Of a DNA stretch of 34,955 nucleotides, positions 17,782 through 27,247 are shown piece by piece. This DNA comes from Oligoflexales bacterium. GTDB lineage: Bacteria > Bdellovibrionota_B > Oligoflexia > Oligoflexales > Bog-1112. The number at the start of each line of letters is the position of its first letter. The first letter of the stretch is position 1. The notes beneath the pieces were generated by a model. The model was given only the letters and a program-made list of their open reading frames with translations. It was not told where the DNA came from and did not search any database. Where the stretch lies: positions 1 through 34,955 of the forward strand of contig JBGCDR010000039.1 of NCBI GenBank assembly GCA_045105515.1, given 5' to 3'. The translations under genes were made by a program, and so were the position numbers.

Positions 17782-18725
17782 GGGTTCACCCCTTTCCAGA
17801 TACGACGTGCTAAGTCAGCTGTCAATGGCTCAGTCTCAAACCCGAGCTCAGGCAACATTACACATTGCTCCGAGAACCCTAATTCCCTCAAACCCTCTAG
17901 GAATTTATTCTGCTCATTAAGGGAAATGGTAATTTTACTTTTAAGGTAATCCTTGACGTCAGTCAAACTACGGTATCTTTCATCTGCAATCAGTTGGCCT
18001 AACTTATCTATAATAGGTTGGGAGTAAGAACGATTTAAAACTACACCTCCAAGCCTAACCGGGGATTCTCTAATAATTTTTGGAATAAATTCAAGTGTTT
18101 CACTACTAACCAATTCCTCAGGTATGCTCACCAAAAAAGAAGCACATAGCTCCGCATTTTCCAAAAAATTGCTTACTTTAGTAACCTCGCGTATCAGCGG
18201 TCCCCCTAAACCTGAACCAAGAACTGCTGCAGGAGTATTTAACAAGTTATAAAAATGTCCAGAAGCTGGTGAGTCAAAGATTACTAAATCATAATCTCTA
18301 GGTGGCTTTCTAAGCATACAAGTATGGTACAGCCTACCTAGTAACATTGTTTCATTAAGTCCTGGAATGGCATCTAAAAAGCTTTTCATCAGCTTTCTAT
18401 CAAAGACTTTTTTATATAGCTTGGATAAGCCTAGGTGCTCTACAACATACTCTCTAAAGCATTCCTTGGAGTTAAGGTTTATGCAAAAAAGCTTGTCCAT
18501 AATTTGAATTTCATGGTGTCCAACTGGATCTTTGAAGGAAAACAAAGGTGGCAACTGTTCTTTTGACGCATTTTCCACAAGCAGAACTTTTTTTCCTAGT
18601 TTAGCCGCACAAATAGCTAAACTAGCAGCCACCATCGATTTCCCTACCCCACCCTTACCAGATATAAAAATCAGTTTATATTTAAGGAATTCATGCAAGC
18701 CTGCCATAAGCTTTTGGACTTTCAT
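17778..18725 (-). CDS. ArsA/Get3-family ATPase, first subunit (Rv3679-like)
   Basis: Deviant Walker A SGKGGVGKS, IPGLNE..LLG, DLVIFDSPASGH, PEE....ET.E and VVLNR; 4-nt overlap with the second ATPase. Confidence 0.87.
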   Translation of the reverse strand: MKVQKLMAGLHEFLKYKLIFISGKGGVGKSMVAASLAICAAKLGKKVLLVENASKEQLPPLFSFKDPVGHHEIQIMDKLFCINLNSKECFREYVVEHLGLSKLYKKVFDRKLMKSFLDAIPGLNETMLLGRLYHTCMLRKPPRDYDLVIFDSPASGHFYNLLNTPAAVLGSGLGGPLIREVTKVSNFLENAELCASFLVSIPEELVSSETLEFIPKIIRESPVRLGGVVLNRSYSQPIIDKLGQLIADERYRSLTDVKDYLKSKITISLNEQNKFLEGLRELGFSEQCVMLPELGFETEPLTADLARRIWKGVNP

Positions 18726-18929
18726 TTAATTTTCAGATTTTTTGTCAAGCGCCTTATCAGACTCTTCACCTTCATTCAACTTTTCTTCCTCTTCAGGTTT
18801 GACACCCTTTTTAAAATTTTTGATACCCTCTCCAAATGCACCGAAAAGCTTTGGAATTTTTGGGGCACCAAAAAGTAGAACAACAATAGCGAATACTATC
18901 AATAACTCTGGCAATCCTGGCATTGTCAT
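18726..18929 (-). CDS. tatA: Twin-arginine translocase TatA/E subunit
   Basis: [18 protein letters not shown] and hinge, amphipathic [19 protein letters not shown] and an acidic tail; AGAAAGG upstream. Confidence 0.92.
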   Translation of the reverse strand: MTMPGLPELLIVFAIVVLLFGAPKIPKLFGAFGEGIKNFKKGVKPEEEEKLNEGEESDKALDKKSEN

Positions 18930-19024
18930 AACAACCTTTCTATTTAAAAATCGAAATAATAGTAATTGTCCGCCTTCGGTGTGGTCATAATACCACTTTG
19001 CTTACCATCATTTCTATTAACAAA

Positions 19025-22000
19025 CTAATAGCCGCCTTTAAAATTCGGCAAAACTGCCACATAGAAGGGAGGCGTTGTGCCTTTAGTAAAAAAACTATTC
19101 ATGGAACTTAGCTCTTTGTGCTTTGTTGTGCCCGCTAATGAGGCCTTTTCAGATACTTTAATATGGTTACTTGCAAATTCAACATAGCGAGAAGATTCCG
19201 CACAAAGCAATAAAGGTAACCGATCTTCCCAAGAGCTCAAGACCTCCCAAAACCTCAACTCTCTGCCATTATCATAGCTCATGACTGGATCATTAAACGG
19301 CTTAACCTGATTATTGCCTCCTAACACTAAAGGGCGGGCATGGCCAAAATGTCCACTTGCAAGCTTACGACTTCCTTTGCTCATAATTGTAAAAGCAAGC
19401 CCAATATCACCTAGCGAGTTTGTTCCTGGAGTCACCTTAAGCAAACTTGCAAATTGGTCACGAAGATACTCAATGCTTATAGATCTATCAGGAGATTTTA
19501 GCAAAACCTGCATGACCATGATGTGGTGCCAAATCATGGAGCTCAAATGCTGCCTTTCAGCACGGTCCCCTCCTTGGAGGCTACAAAATACAATGAGATA
19601 CTGTTCATCAGGCATCGCAAGACCCATGGTCCAAGCGCTAATCTGAGTGTTTGCCAACGTACCAAATGTCCGGATATTCAGCCAAGGAACAGGCTCCAAT
19701 GAGTGATTATCCCACTGCTCAGAATATGAGATAGTCTGTTTGGAGTAAAAATCGCGCTCAATTACTAGGCCTAGCTGAGCACCAAATAAATCTAACTCCC
19801 TAGCACTCATTTTCATATTCTTGCTTGAGTAGCGTTCAGGAACCTCGCGCAACAACAAGACGCCCATAGTTCCGGAAGAAGATCCTATTGGCACATAAGC
19901 GTCCAAGCTTCCCTGAGTACCACTTCCTTGACTACCAAGCGTTGAAAGACCCTGCGGCGACACACGTGTCTGCAAACTCAATATTTCATGAGTCTCATCC
20001 TGTCCCAAAACAAACCGATCATGACTTAAACTCATACTCGTAGAACCACTGTTATCAGCACCAAATCCATCCAAGTTAGTTTTCAGGTTACTCAGAGGAA
20101 GCGCCGCTGAAGGTAAAAAGCTAGCTTCAGTTAAACTTAAAAAGGACTGTAGATGGGCCCATAGATCGTTTTCTATTGATTTTTCCTGATCTTTCCGTGG
20201 ATAGAAAATAATTTCACCTTCTTCTTGGTTCACAAGAACTATGCAAATTAATTGAGCTTCATAGCATTCTTTTAATAAACGGAGACTATTATTTAAAGAA
20301 TGAACATAGGTAGATCCTTCTACAGAGCTTTTACTAATATAAGAAAGATGACTTAATGCCAAATTAGTAGGATAAGCATTAAAAGGAAGTGAAGATTCTA
20401 TAAAGGTACTTAGGAGGATTTCTTTATCAAAAAAAGTGGGTTCACTTTTGATCAAACTTTCAATATATGACTGCAACATAAGAAATTTTCTGTCACATGC
20501 AATTTCATATGCTTTGCTAATATATTCCTGTTTTTTCGAACCAAGGTCCCCTAAATTCTGGCCATACCAGAGATAGATAAAGCACGAGATTAGGTCATTT
20601 CCAAGCATAAAGGCAATTTTCAAAGCTCTATCAAAATACTTTTTTCCTGAACGTTCCTCTAGATCACTTAAAACTCTTGCCTTAAGTAAGAAGAAAATAT
20701 CTCGATCCCCACTTTTTTTCGCCACAACCTGAGATTTGAGAGATTTAAGTAACCTCCTCATCTCTTTATTTCTCATCAGTTTTCTTTGATGTTCTTGTTC
20801 AAATATCATCGGAATACAAAGAATAATCAGACTCACAAAATCCCTTTCGTAGGTAAATAAAAACGGACTATTTATCCCCTCCGAAAAATTTTGGGCAATC
20901 TTTGCATAATAAGTACGAGTTTTATGTACATCTCCTTTTGCATATTCTACGAACATTGAAATAATAAGGAAATACATTTCAAATGTGCCAATTTCCTTCA
21001 AGCTTTTACCAAATTCTAGGTAATGTTCTCCACAATCTACCAATAAGTCCCTTCTACCTTGAATAAAATAAATAAATAATAGGAAAGCTCCACAAATAAC
21101 TTTAGTTGCAGCTCCTCCACTTTGATCCATCAATTTTGCTTTAAGAATATGATCAGCATCTGAGAATTTACCTGATAAAATTGACATAAAAGCTTGGAGG
21201 CATACAGCTTTAGGTACCAAAGTCGGATGCTCAATAGGCTGCAAGTGCCTAAGCCCCTCATTTAAATGTAGCTTAAGGTCACCATAATGATTGAAGTCAT
21301 AATCTATAATTAAGCCTTTTATCAGAGTAGTATATCCAATCATTTGCTTGTTTTGCATTGAGTAAGCGAGGTCTACAAGTAAATTTAGAATTTTTTCCGC
21401 TCTATCATATTGCTTGATCTGACTCCAAAGAACAGCTCTAAAGGTTAACAGTCTTACTATTAGTAAGCTATCATACGCCTCTTTTTTCTTCACAATCTTA
21501 ATCGCCGCAAGGTGGAAAGGAATCCAATTAAGCAACTTCGAATCCAAACAGATTTCCTGAAGAATTTGCAACCACCACAAATCAAAACCTATGAAATCTT
21601 CATCAATTTTAACTTGGTCTTTAGAATTTATTTTTAAAGATAGTAAGAGAGTTTGAACAAGAATATTTTCACCGTTCATAAATATCAAATCTCTTAGAAA
21701 ATTGATAATAAGACTATATTTCAATGATTGTGATAATAGCTTGCGGCTTTCTATTCTAGGCAAAACTAATCTGAGTACTTTATGATAGTGACCCTGGATC
21801 AAATATGCTGGAATTAGATACTTTTTTTGCAGCAATGTACGACTATTATAATCTACGTCTTGGCTTAGCAGGGTTTTTTCACCCAAATTAATTATCTCAT
21901 CCCAAGATTTCGTTTCAAACCACAAATCACAAAGAGATAAGATAATATCACTAAGCAGTATAGTATTTGAATTTCCTAATTTTTCAGATATTCTCAGAGC

Positions 22001-24385
22001 ATCTTGATAAACTAATTCAGATCTAAAATATAATTTTGACTGTTTCCATTGATCTCCAAGTCTACAAAAAGCTTCACAAACCTTCCCTTCCGCGACAGTA
22101 GATAATTTATCTGAATCAAAACTGAGTGCTAAAGTATGATAAATCGCAGCTGACAGATTCTCTAGCTTTGAAGCTTGTTTGCAGCTTAAAAAATAATTTA
22201 ACATAACTAGGTGAACTTTGTTCTTAAAATCTTTATTTAGGTTGCTATAAAAAAATTTATGCAGATGATAATGTGAAAACTGATAAATGAGCTCAGATTC
22301 ACCTATATTTCCGATTCTTATTTTAGAAAGTAAACCATCATCTTCCATACGATTAAGAGTTTTTTCAATCAAGTTGCGATCTAGGATTTTGCTCCCCAAA
22401 ATACCAGGATTGCTAAACGACTTCCCTAAAGCACTAAGCATTTCCATCACTAGCCATTCATCAGCATCGTATTTTTGTAATGATAAAAAACATTGTTCAA
22501 CCGAGCTAGCACTGGCTATAGTACAGACAAATTCTAGATTATACGAAGCTTTCAAAACTCCATTCTCAATTGAAAAATTGCAATTCTTTAGCAAAGATGT
22601 CCAAAAACTGGTTAAATGCCGTGGATTACCCTTTGTGTACTCATACACTCTATCTAAATCTAATTTAAAAACAGTAAAATTTAAATTGTTCGCTAAAAAT
22701 TTTTCACTTTCTTCAGGTGAAAGAGATTTAATAGCAAAAGGTAAATATCTTCTTTTAAGCCTTTGGATTTTCTTCAAGAACTCTGAAACTTGTGGCTTAC
22801 GAAAAAGAAAGTATGGATGATACGTCATGATTAATGTAAAGTTTTGAGTATTCGTGTAGCTGACAAAAATATCTAGTAGTTTTATGCTAAATTCATCGGC
22901 CTTATGTAGGTCATCAAACATAAAAACCAGTTTTTTGTTATCAGTACCAATACATTTTAAAAAGTCAGAAAAAACCTTCACCAATGTTTGAAAGTTATTC
23001 TTTTTTGTTAGCGCAAATAAATTATGTCCATCATAATCAGGAAAGTACTTTCTCAACATAGGCACTAGGGTACAAAGTAAAGATATCTCACTGCCAATTC
23101 TTTTCTTTACTTCCATGCACAAGACTTCAATGTCTGATTTTGAAGATTCCACTTGAATTATAAAATCATTGAATGCTGATGAAATAACTTGAAAAGGCAT
23201 AGATGACGCATAGTCTAAAAACTCGCCGCTAATATATTTAACATCATTTGACTTTAAGTCGGTTTGCAAGTCTTTTAATAACTTTGATTTTCCTCCACCT
23301 CCTTCACTTTGTATGCTGATAATCATTCCTCTTACATCACCCTCTTTATGAGCAGTGATAAGCTCTAGAATTTCCTTTCTTTGTGAATTTCTCGTCAGAA
23401 TATTCCCTTCAAGCTGCCCCGTAAATTGCATCATACTTGAATGAATGGCCGACTCTTTTAACCCTAGAGCAGGTTGATTTTGAAGGTATTTTAGATCTAT
23501 AAAGAGTTGCATACCCGATTGATACCGATCACTAGGATTTTTTGCTAGGAGCTTCGTGATAATGTAGTCAACATCATTGGGAATATTAGGCAAAAGCGCT
23601 TTTATGGAGGGAGGCTGCGAACGAGCATGCTCCTTCAAAATCTGATTACGCCCTCCCCTGTAAAAAGGAGGGCGACCAGCTAAAATCTCAAATAAAATGC
23701 ATCCTAAAGAATATAGATCAGTTCTATGATCCAGTGTGTAGTTGCTGAACCCTGTCTGTTCAGGGGACATGTAAAGTGGCGTACCAATCATATCGCCCTT
23801 AAAATTCTCGGCAGATTCTCCCGCGAAATGCAAGGACTGTCGGAGTCTAGCAATCCCAAAATCAAGGATCACAGCCTCAAAGCCTCTTCGCGATAAATTT
23901 GATTTTCGCATCATTATATTTGAAGGTTTCAAGTCCCTGTGAATGATGTTCTTACGATGGGTATAATCCAATGCAAGAGCGATCTGCATTCCCAAGTCAT
24001 AGAAAAAGCATAAGTCATTTTCTCCGCTTTCTATAAAATCACCCAAGCTTTGGCCTTCAACCCAATCCATAACTAGGTAGTAACTTAAACCATCGGTTGC
24101 AAGATTTTCTTCAAGAAATCCAAATTCGTGAAAACTCACAATATAGGGATGATATAGTTTACTCAAATGAGAAGCTTCGGTTTGAAACCGATGAAGTTCA
24201 TCAACCTTATTCAGATCGTTATGATGCGATATTAGCTTTATGATCACGTTTTCTGCTGGAGCTAGTAATGGGATAGCTTTATAGGCTTTTCCCATTCCGC
24301 CCTGGCCGGCAAGGGAAACTATTTTATAACGTCCTGATATTACTTTACCAATAACAGTATTCATAGTTTTTATCAATTCTACCAT
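19025..24385 (-). CDS. Large Hanks-type Ser/Thr kinase fused to a P-loop NTPase, helical region, GAF-like domain and degenerate PP2C-like domain
   Basis: Kinase motifs GQGGMG, HRDLKPSN, DFG, GTPLYMSPEQ and TDLYSLG; Walker A-like EGGGGKS, Walker B FMFDDLH and GNP motif; C-terminal GHFGHARPL. Confidence 0.85.
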   Translation of the reverse strand: MVELIKTMNTVIGKVISGRYKIVSLAGQGGMGKAYKAIPLLAPAENVIIKLISHHNDLNKVDELHRFQTEASHLSKLYHPYIVSFHEFGFLEENLATDGLSYYLVMDWVEGQSLGDFIESGENDLCFFYDLGMQIALALDYTHRKNIIHRDLKPSNIMMRKSNLSRRGFEAVILDFGIARLRQSLHFAGESAENFKGDMIGTPLYMSPEQTGFSNYTLDHRTDLYSLGCILFEILAGRPPFYRGGRNQILKEHARSQPPSIKALLPNIPNDVDYIITKLLAKNPSDRYQSGMQLFIDLKYLQNQPALGLKESAIHSSMMQFTGQLEGNILTRNSQRKEILELITAHKEGDVRGMIISIQSEGGGGKSKLLKDLQTDLKSNDVKYISGEFLDYASSMPFQVISSAFNDFIIQVESSKSDIEVLCMEVKKRIGSEISLLCTLVPMLRKYFPDYDGHNLFALTKKNNFQTLVKVFSDFLKCIGTDNKKLVFMFDDLHKADEFSIKLLDIFVSYTNTQNFTLIMTYHPYFLFRKPQVSEFLKKIQRLKRRYLPFAIKSLSPEESEKFLANNLNFTVFKLDLDRVYEYTKGNPRHLTSFWTSLLKNCNFSIENGVLKASYNLEFVCTIASASSVEQCFLSLQKYDADEWLVMEMLSALGKSFSNPGILGSKILDRNLIEKTLNRMEDDGLLSKIRIGNIGESELIYQFSHYHLHKFFYSNLNKDFKNKVHLVMLNYFLSCKQASKLENLSAAIYHTLALSFDSDKLSTVAEGKVCEAFCRLGDQWKQSKLYFRSELVYQDALRISEKLGNSNTILLSDIILSLCDLWFETKSWDEIINLGEKTLLSQDVDYNSRTLLQKKYLIPAYLIQGHYHKVLRLVLPRIESRKLLSQSLKYSLIINFLRDLIFMNGENILVQTLLLSLKINSKDQVKIDEDFIGFDLWWLQILQEICLDSKLLNWIPFHLAAIKIVKKKEAYDSLLIVRLLTFRAVLWSQIKQYDRAEKILNLLVDLAYSMQNKQMIGYTTLIKGLIIDYDFNHYGDLKLHLNEGLRHLQPIEHPTLVPKAVCLQAFMSILSGKFSDADHILKAKLMDQSGGAATKVICGAFLLFIYFIQGRRDLLVDCGEHYLEFGKSLKEIGTFEMYFLIISMFVEYAKGDVHKTRTYYAKIAQNFSEGINSPFLFTYERDFVSLIILCIPMIFEQEHQRKLMRNKEMRRLLKSLKSQVVAKKSGDRDIFFLLKARVLSDLEERSGKKYFDRALKIAFMLGNDLISCFIYLWYGQNLGDLGSKKQEYISKAYEIACDRKFLMLQSYIESLIKSEPTFFDKEILLSTFIESSLPFNAYPTNLALSHLSYISKSSVEGSTYVHSLNNSLRLLKECYEAQLICIVLVNQEEGEIIFYPRKDQEKSIENDLWAHLQSFLSLTEASFLPSAALPLSNLKTNLDGFGADNSGSTSMSLSHDRFVLGQDETHEILSLQTRVSPQGLSTLGSQGSGTQGSLDAYVPIGSSSGTMGVLLLREVPERYSSKNMKMSARELDLFGAQLGLVIERDFYSKQTISYSEQWDNHSLEPVPWLNIRTFGTLANTQISAWTMGLAMPDEQYLIVFCSLQGGDRAERQHLSSMIWHHIMVMQVLLKSPDRSISIEYLRDQFASLLKVTPGTNSLGDIGLAFTIMSKGSRKLASGHFGHARPLVLGGNNQVKPFNDPVMSYDNGRELRFWEVLSSWEDRLPLLLCAESSRYVEFASNHIKVSEKASLAGTTKHKELSSMNSFFTKGTTPPFYVAVLPNFKGGY

Positions 24386-24602
24386 TCATTTATAAAGCTG
24401 TACCGCGCTCGTCGGAATCTTACGAAGAATCATTAAACGCCCTATATTCGGTAAGATTACTGGAATAGTACATTTCATCATTAACCGCATTCTAGCAATT
24501 AAATATCAAAGGTTTTTCCCTCTAGCTTATGGGTCTAAAATAAACTGAGATCTAAATTGAACACTTGATGACTTACATGTCTAAACCTAATCTAGGACAA
24601 AA

Positions 24603-25547
24603 ATGGAAGCTTCTTACAATAGTTTTCTCCCAAATTGGGAGCACAATTGCCTTCACATATGTAGTGATCTGATAAGTGAGAAAGATAAACTAGAAATAGA
24701 AAAGCTCAAGCGAGCAAGCCCCCCCCTGAGCTTTAAAATCATGCGCTTACTTCTGTATTTAGGAAAACGAGACCACACCTACCAAAAGTTTATAAAATGC
24801 CCTTGGGAAGACATTATCGATATCATTCATGACCAAGCACTCAGAAATAGCTTGATTCCTGGTCAACAAGAATTTGGTGACCACACTAATTCTATTAAAA
24901 ACCCTCATATAAATCGAAGATATAACCAGCAGCCTTGCACCCTCCTCACGGTAAAAAAGCGGGTAGAGCAAGCAACTCTTCTTTGCGGCAAGTCTGATCC
25001 GATTCTTGTCTTGGGAGATGATGATTTGATTGGCATTGAACTAGCGAAAGCTGGCTTTACCAATGTCTGTTCGGTAGATATCGATCCCTCAATTTGTAGA
25101 AATCTAAATGTTCTGGCAAAAAAACACAACTTGCCGCTAAAGACCTTGGTTCATGATATTAGGCAAAACCCACCTGAAGATTTTATACAGGACTACCGCT
25201 TGGTATTTATTGATCCCATGTATTCTTTAGAAGGAATCAGCATGTTCCTCGAAGGGGCATTTTCCTTTACAAAAAACCGCCAGGGAACTTTGATTTTTTT
25301 AAGCCTTCACCTGATGTCCCTACTTCGTCATGGAATTGACAAGTTACCTTTATTACTAGATAGTTACAAACTCACGGTTATGAATCATATCGGTGGGTTC
25401 AACACTTATCCAATTCCTTATGGACTTTGGTTCCTCATAAAGTTATTTAATCGTAGGTTTATGAAGACAAAAACCATGTCGTCAGCGGGGTATATGTTTC
25501 GCTTCTTTCTTTCAGACGCAATTCTCCTAAAAAAAGAATCGGCATAG
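24603..25547 (+). CDS. BpsA-like (bis-aminopropyl spermidine synthase / DUF43 family) SAM-fold transferase
   Basis: Motif series NQ..CT..T...R, ILVLGDDDLIGIELA, VDID, HDIRQNPP and FIDPMY..EG...FL matches the branched-chain polyamine synthase family. Confidence 0.75.
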   Translation: MEASYNSFLPNWEHNCLHICSDLISEKDKLEIEKLKRASPPLSFKIMRLLLYLGKRDHTYQKFIKCPWEDIIDIIHDQALRNSLIPGQQEFGDHTNSIKNPHINRRYNQQPCTLLTVKKRVEQATLLCGKSDPILVLGDDDLIGIELAKAGFTNVCSVDIDPSICRNLNVLAKKHNLPLKTLVHDIRQNPPEDFIQDYRLVFIDPMYSLEGISMFLEGAFSFTKNRQGTLIFLSLHLMSLLRHGIDKLPLLLDSYKLTVMNHIGGFNTYPIPYGLWFLIKLFNRRFMKTKTMSSAGYMFRFFLSDAILLKKESA

Positions 25548-25592
25548 CTTCGGTTAGCGAACTCCCTAGCGAAGAGGTCAGCAAGAAATACT

Positions 25593-27086
25593 ATGACAGA
25601 CACCGCCCTTAACCCAACCCCTACCGTACAAGGTATGCGCGATTTTAGCGAAAGAAAGCCTATTAGACGCTGCAAAATTGTGGGCACTCTTGGCCCCGCT
25701 TCGTCAGATGAATCAACCCTAAAACAACTCCTCGAAGCAGGTTTAAATATTGCCCGTCTCAACTTCTCTCATGGCAGCCATGAAACTCATGCCAGCAATA
25801 TTGAGAAAATAAGACGTTTGTCAAAAGAAACAGGTCGCCATGTAACCATACTTCAAGACCTTCAAGGTCCCAAAATTAGATGCGGCCAACTTCTCGAGGG
25901 GGCAATTACCCTCAAAGAGGGAGAATCTTATGCCCTACAGTATGGAACAAAACAGACTGACCCTAAGATCATCCCAATTGACTATAAAGACCTAGTTAAT
26001 GATGTGAAAGCAGGCCAAACTGTCATGATGGACGATGGGCTACTCATACTTAAAATAACCGCAGTCAAAGAAAAAGAAGTAGAAGTAATAGTTAAAGAAG
26101 GAGGCATCCTTAAAAACCGTAAAGGTGTCAACTTCCCAGATTCGCTTCTATCCTTGCCAGCACTTACTGAAAAAGATAGCCATGACCTTCTTTTCGGAAT
26201 TCGCAGCCAAGTAGATGTGGTAGCCTTGTCCTTTGTCCAAACTCCTCAAGATGTCATGCAGTGCAAGAACATGATCAAAGCTCTTGGTTCCGAAATCCCG
26301 GTCGTAGCTAAGATAGAGAAAATGTCAGCCGTAGCTGCAATAAACGAAATCGCTAAAGCTGCTGATGGACTGATGGTTGCTAGAGGTGACCTTGGAGTAG
26401 AGGCAGGAGTAGAAAAAGTCCCCATATATCAACGAAAAATTGTCGACGCAGCAGCACGAAACTCCAAGCCAGTTATTATTGCAACTCAGATGCTAGAATC
26501 AATGATCCAAAACCCTCGCGCTACACTGGCCGAAGTCACTGATGTTGCTAATGGGGTTTTAGAAGGAGCTGACTGTGTCATGTTATCAGCTGAAGTCGCA
26601 GCTGGAAAATACCCCGTCGAATGTGTACAAAAAATGGCATCCATAATCCATGAAGTAGAGTCTTGGCCTCACAATAAGACAAAACGCTTCAGTAACCAAT
26701 CACCAAGCGGGGAAGTAGAGTGGGAAGAACATAAGGCTATTGCAAGAGCAGCATGCGAAGCTGCTGACTCTCTTGATGCAAGGGCTATCGTCTGTCTAAC
26801 ACTCACAGGCTCAATTGCTAGGCTTATGTCAAGCTGGCGGCCAAACACTCCAATTATTGCCATATCACCCAGAGAAGACGTTATTCAGAGACTAGGCTAC
26901 ACCTGGGGTGTATTTGGCATGAAAAATCCTCTTTTTTACAATACTGACATTTTGCTTCAGGACCTGCCGCAACTACTCAAAAGCCTAGGAATTGTTCAGA
27001 AAGGTGATAGTATCGTCATAACCGCTGGAATTCCTATTAATGCAATGAGACCGACAAATATGATTAAAATCAACAGAATAAGTTAG
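25593..27086 (+). CDS. pyk: Pyruvate kinase
   Basis: Motifs KIVGTLGPAS, RLNFSHG, DLQGPKIR, AKIEK, DGLMVARGDLGVE, ATQMLESM, DVANGVLEGADCVMLSAE and G.YP. Confidence 0.97.
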   Translation: MTDTALNPTPTVQGMRDFSERKPIRRCKIVGTLGPASSDESTLKQLLEAGLNIARLNFSHGSHETHASNIEKIRRLSKETGRHVTILQDLQGPKIRCGQLLEGAITLKEGESYALQYGTKQTDPKIIPIDYKDLVNDVKAGQTVMMDDGLLILKITAVKEKEVEVIVKEGGILKNRKGVNFPDSLLSLPALTEKDSHDLLFGIRSQVDVVALSFVQTPQDVMQCKNMIKALGSEIPVVAKIEKMSAVAAINEIAKAADGLMVARGDLGVEAGVEKVPIYQRKIVDAAARNSKPVIIATQMLESMIQNPRATLAEVTDVANGVLEGADCVMLSAEVAAGKYPVECVQKMASIIHEVESWPHNKTKRFSNQSPSGEVEWEEHKAIARAACEAADSLDARAIVCLTLTGSIARLMSSWRPNTPIIAISPREDVIQRLGYTWGVFGMKNPLFYNTDILLQDLPQLLKSLGIVQKGDSIVITAGIPINAMRPTNMIKINRIS

Positions 27087-27247
27087 CAAACCACTTCTTT
27101 GCCTACCTCAAGCCAACGACAAAGCACCCAGAACCCTTTAAAATAGCTTTATGTGCTATGTGCTTTAGGCGTCGAACGTCAGTGTCCATTTAGGCCTATG
27201 AAAAGAGGGCACATCTAAACTGATTGAAATAAAAAAAAGACTGCATC

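Noticed and set aside
16669..18725. Arsenic-resistance operon
   Set aside because: No arsB, acr3, arsC, arsD or arsR; the genes are two separate single-domain ATPases with Rv3679/Rv3680-type motifs.
19025..24385. Giant kinase-NTPase as an anti-phage (Avs-like) system or a horizontally acquired island
   Set aside because: No nuclease, TIR or SIR2 effector, no mobility genes or att repeats, and housekeeping neighbours; the architecture fits signalling kinases better.
24416..24458. AATCTTAC-N27-GTAAGATT inverted repeat in the kinase/BpsA-like divergent region
   Set aside because: A single AT-rich 8-bp pair with a long spacer and no second copy noticed; too weak to call an operator.
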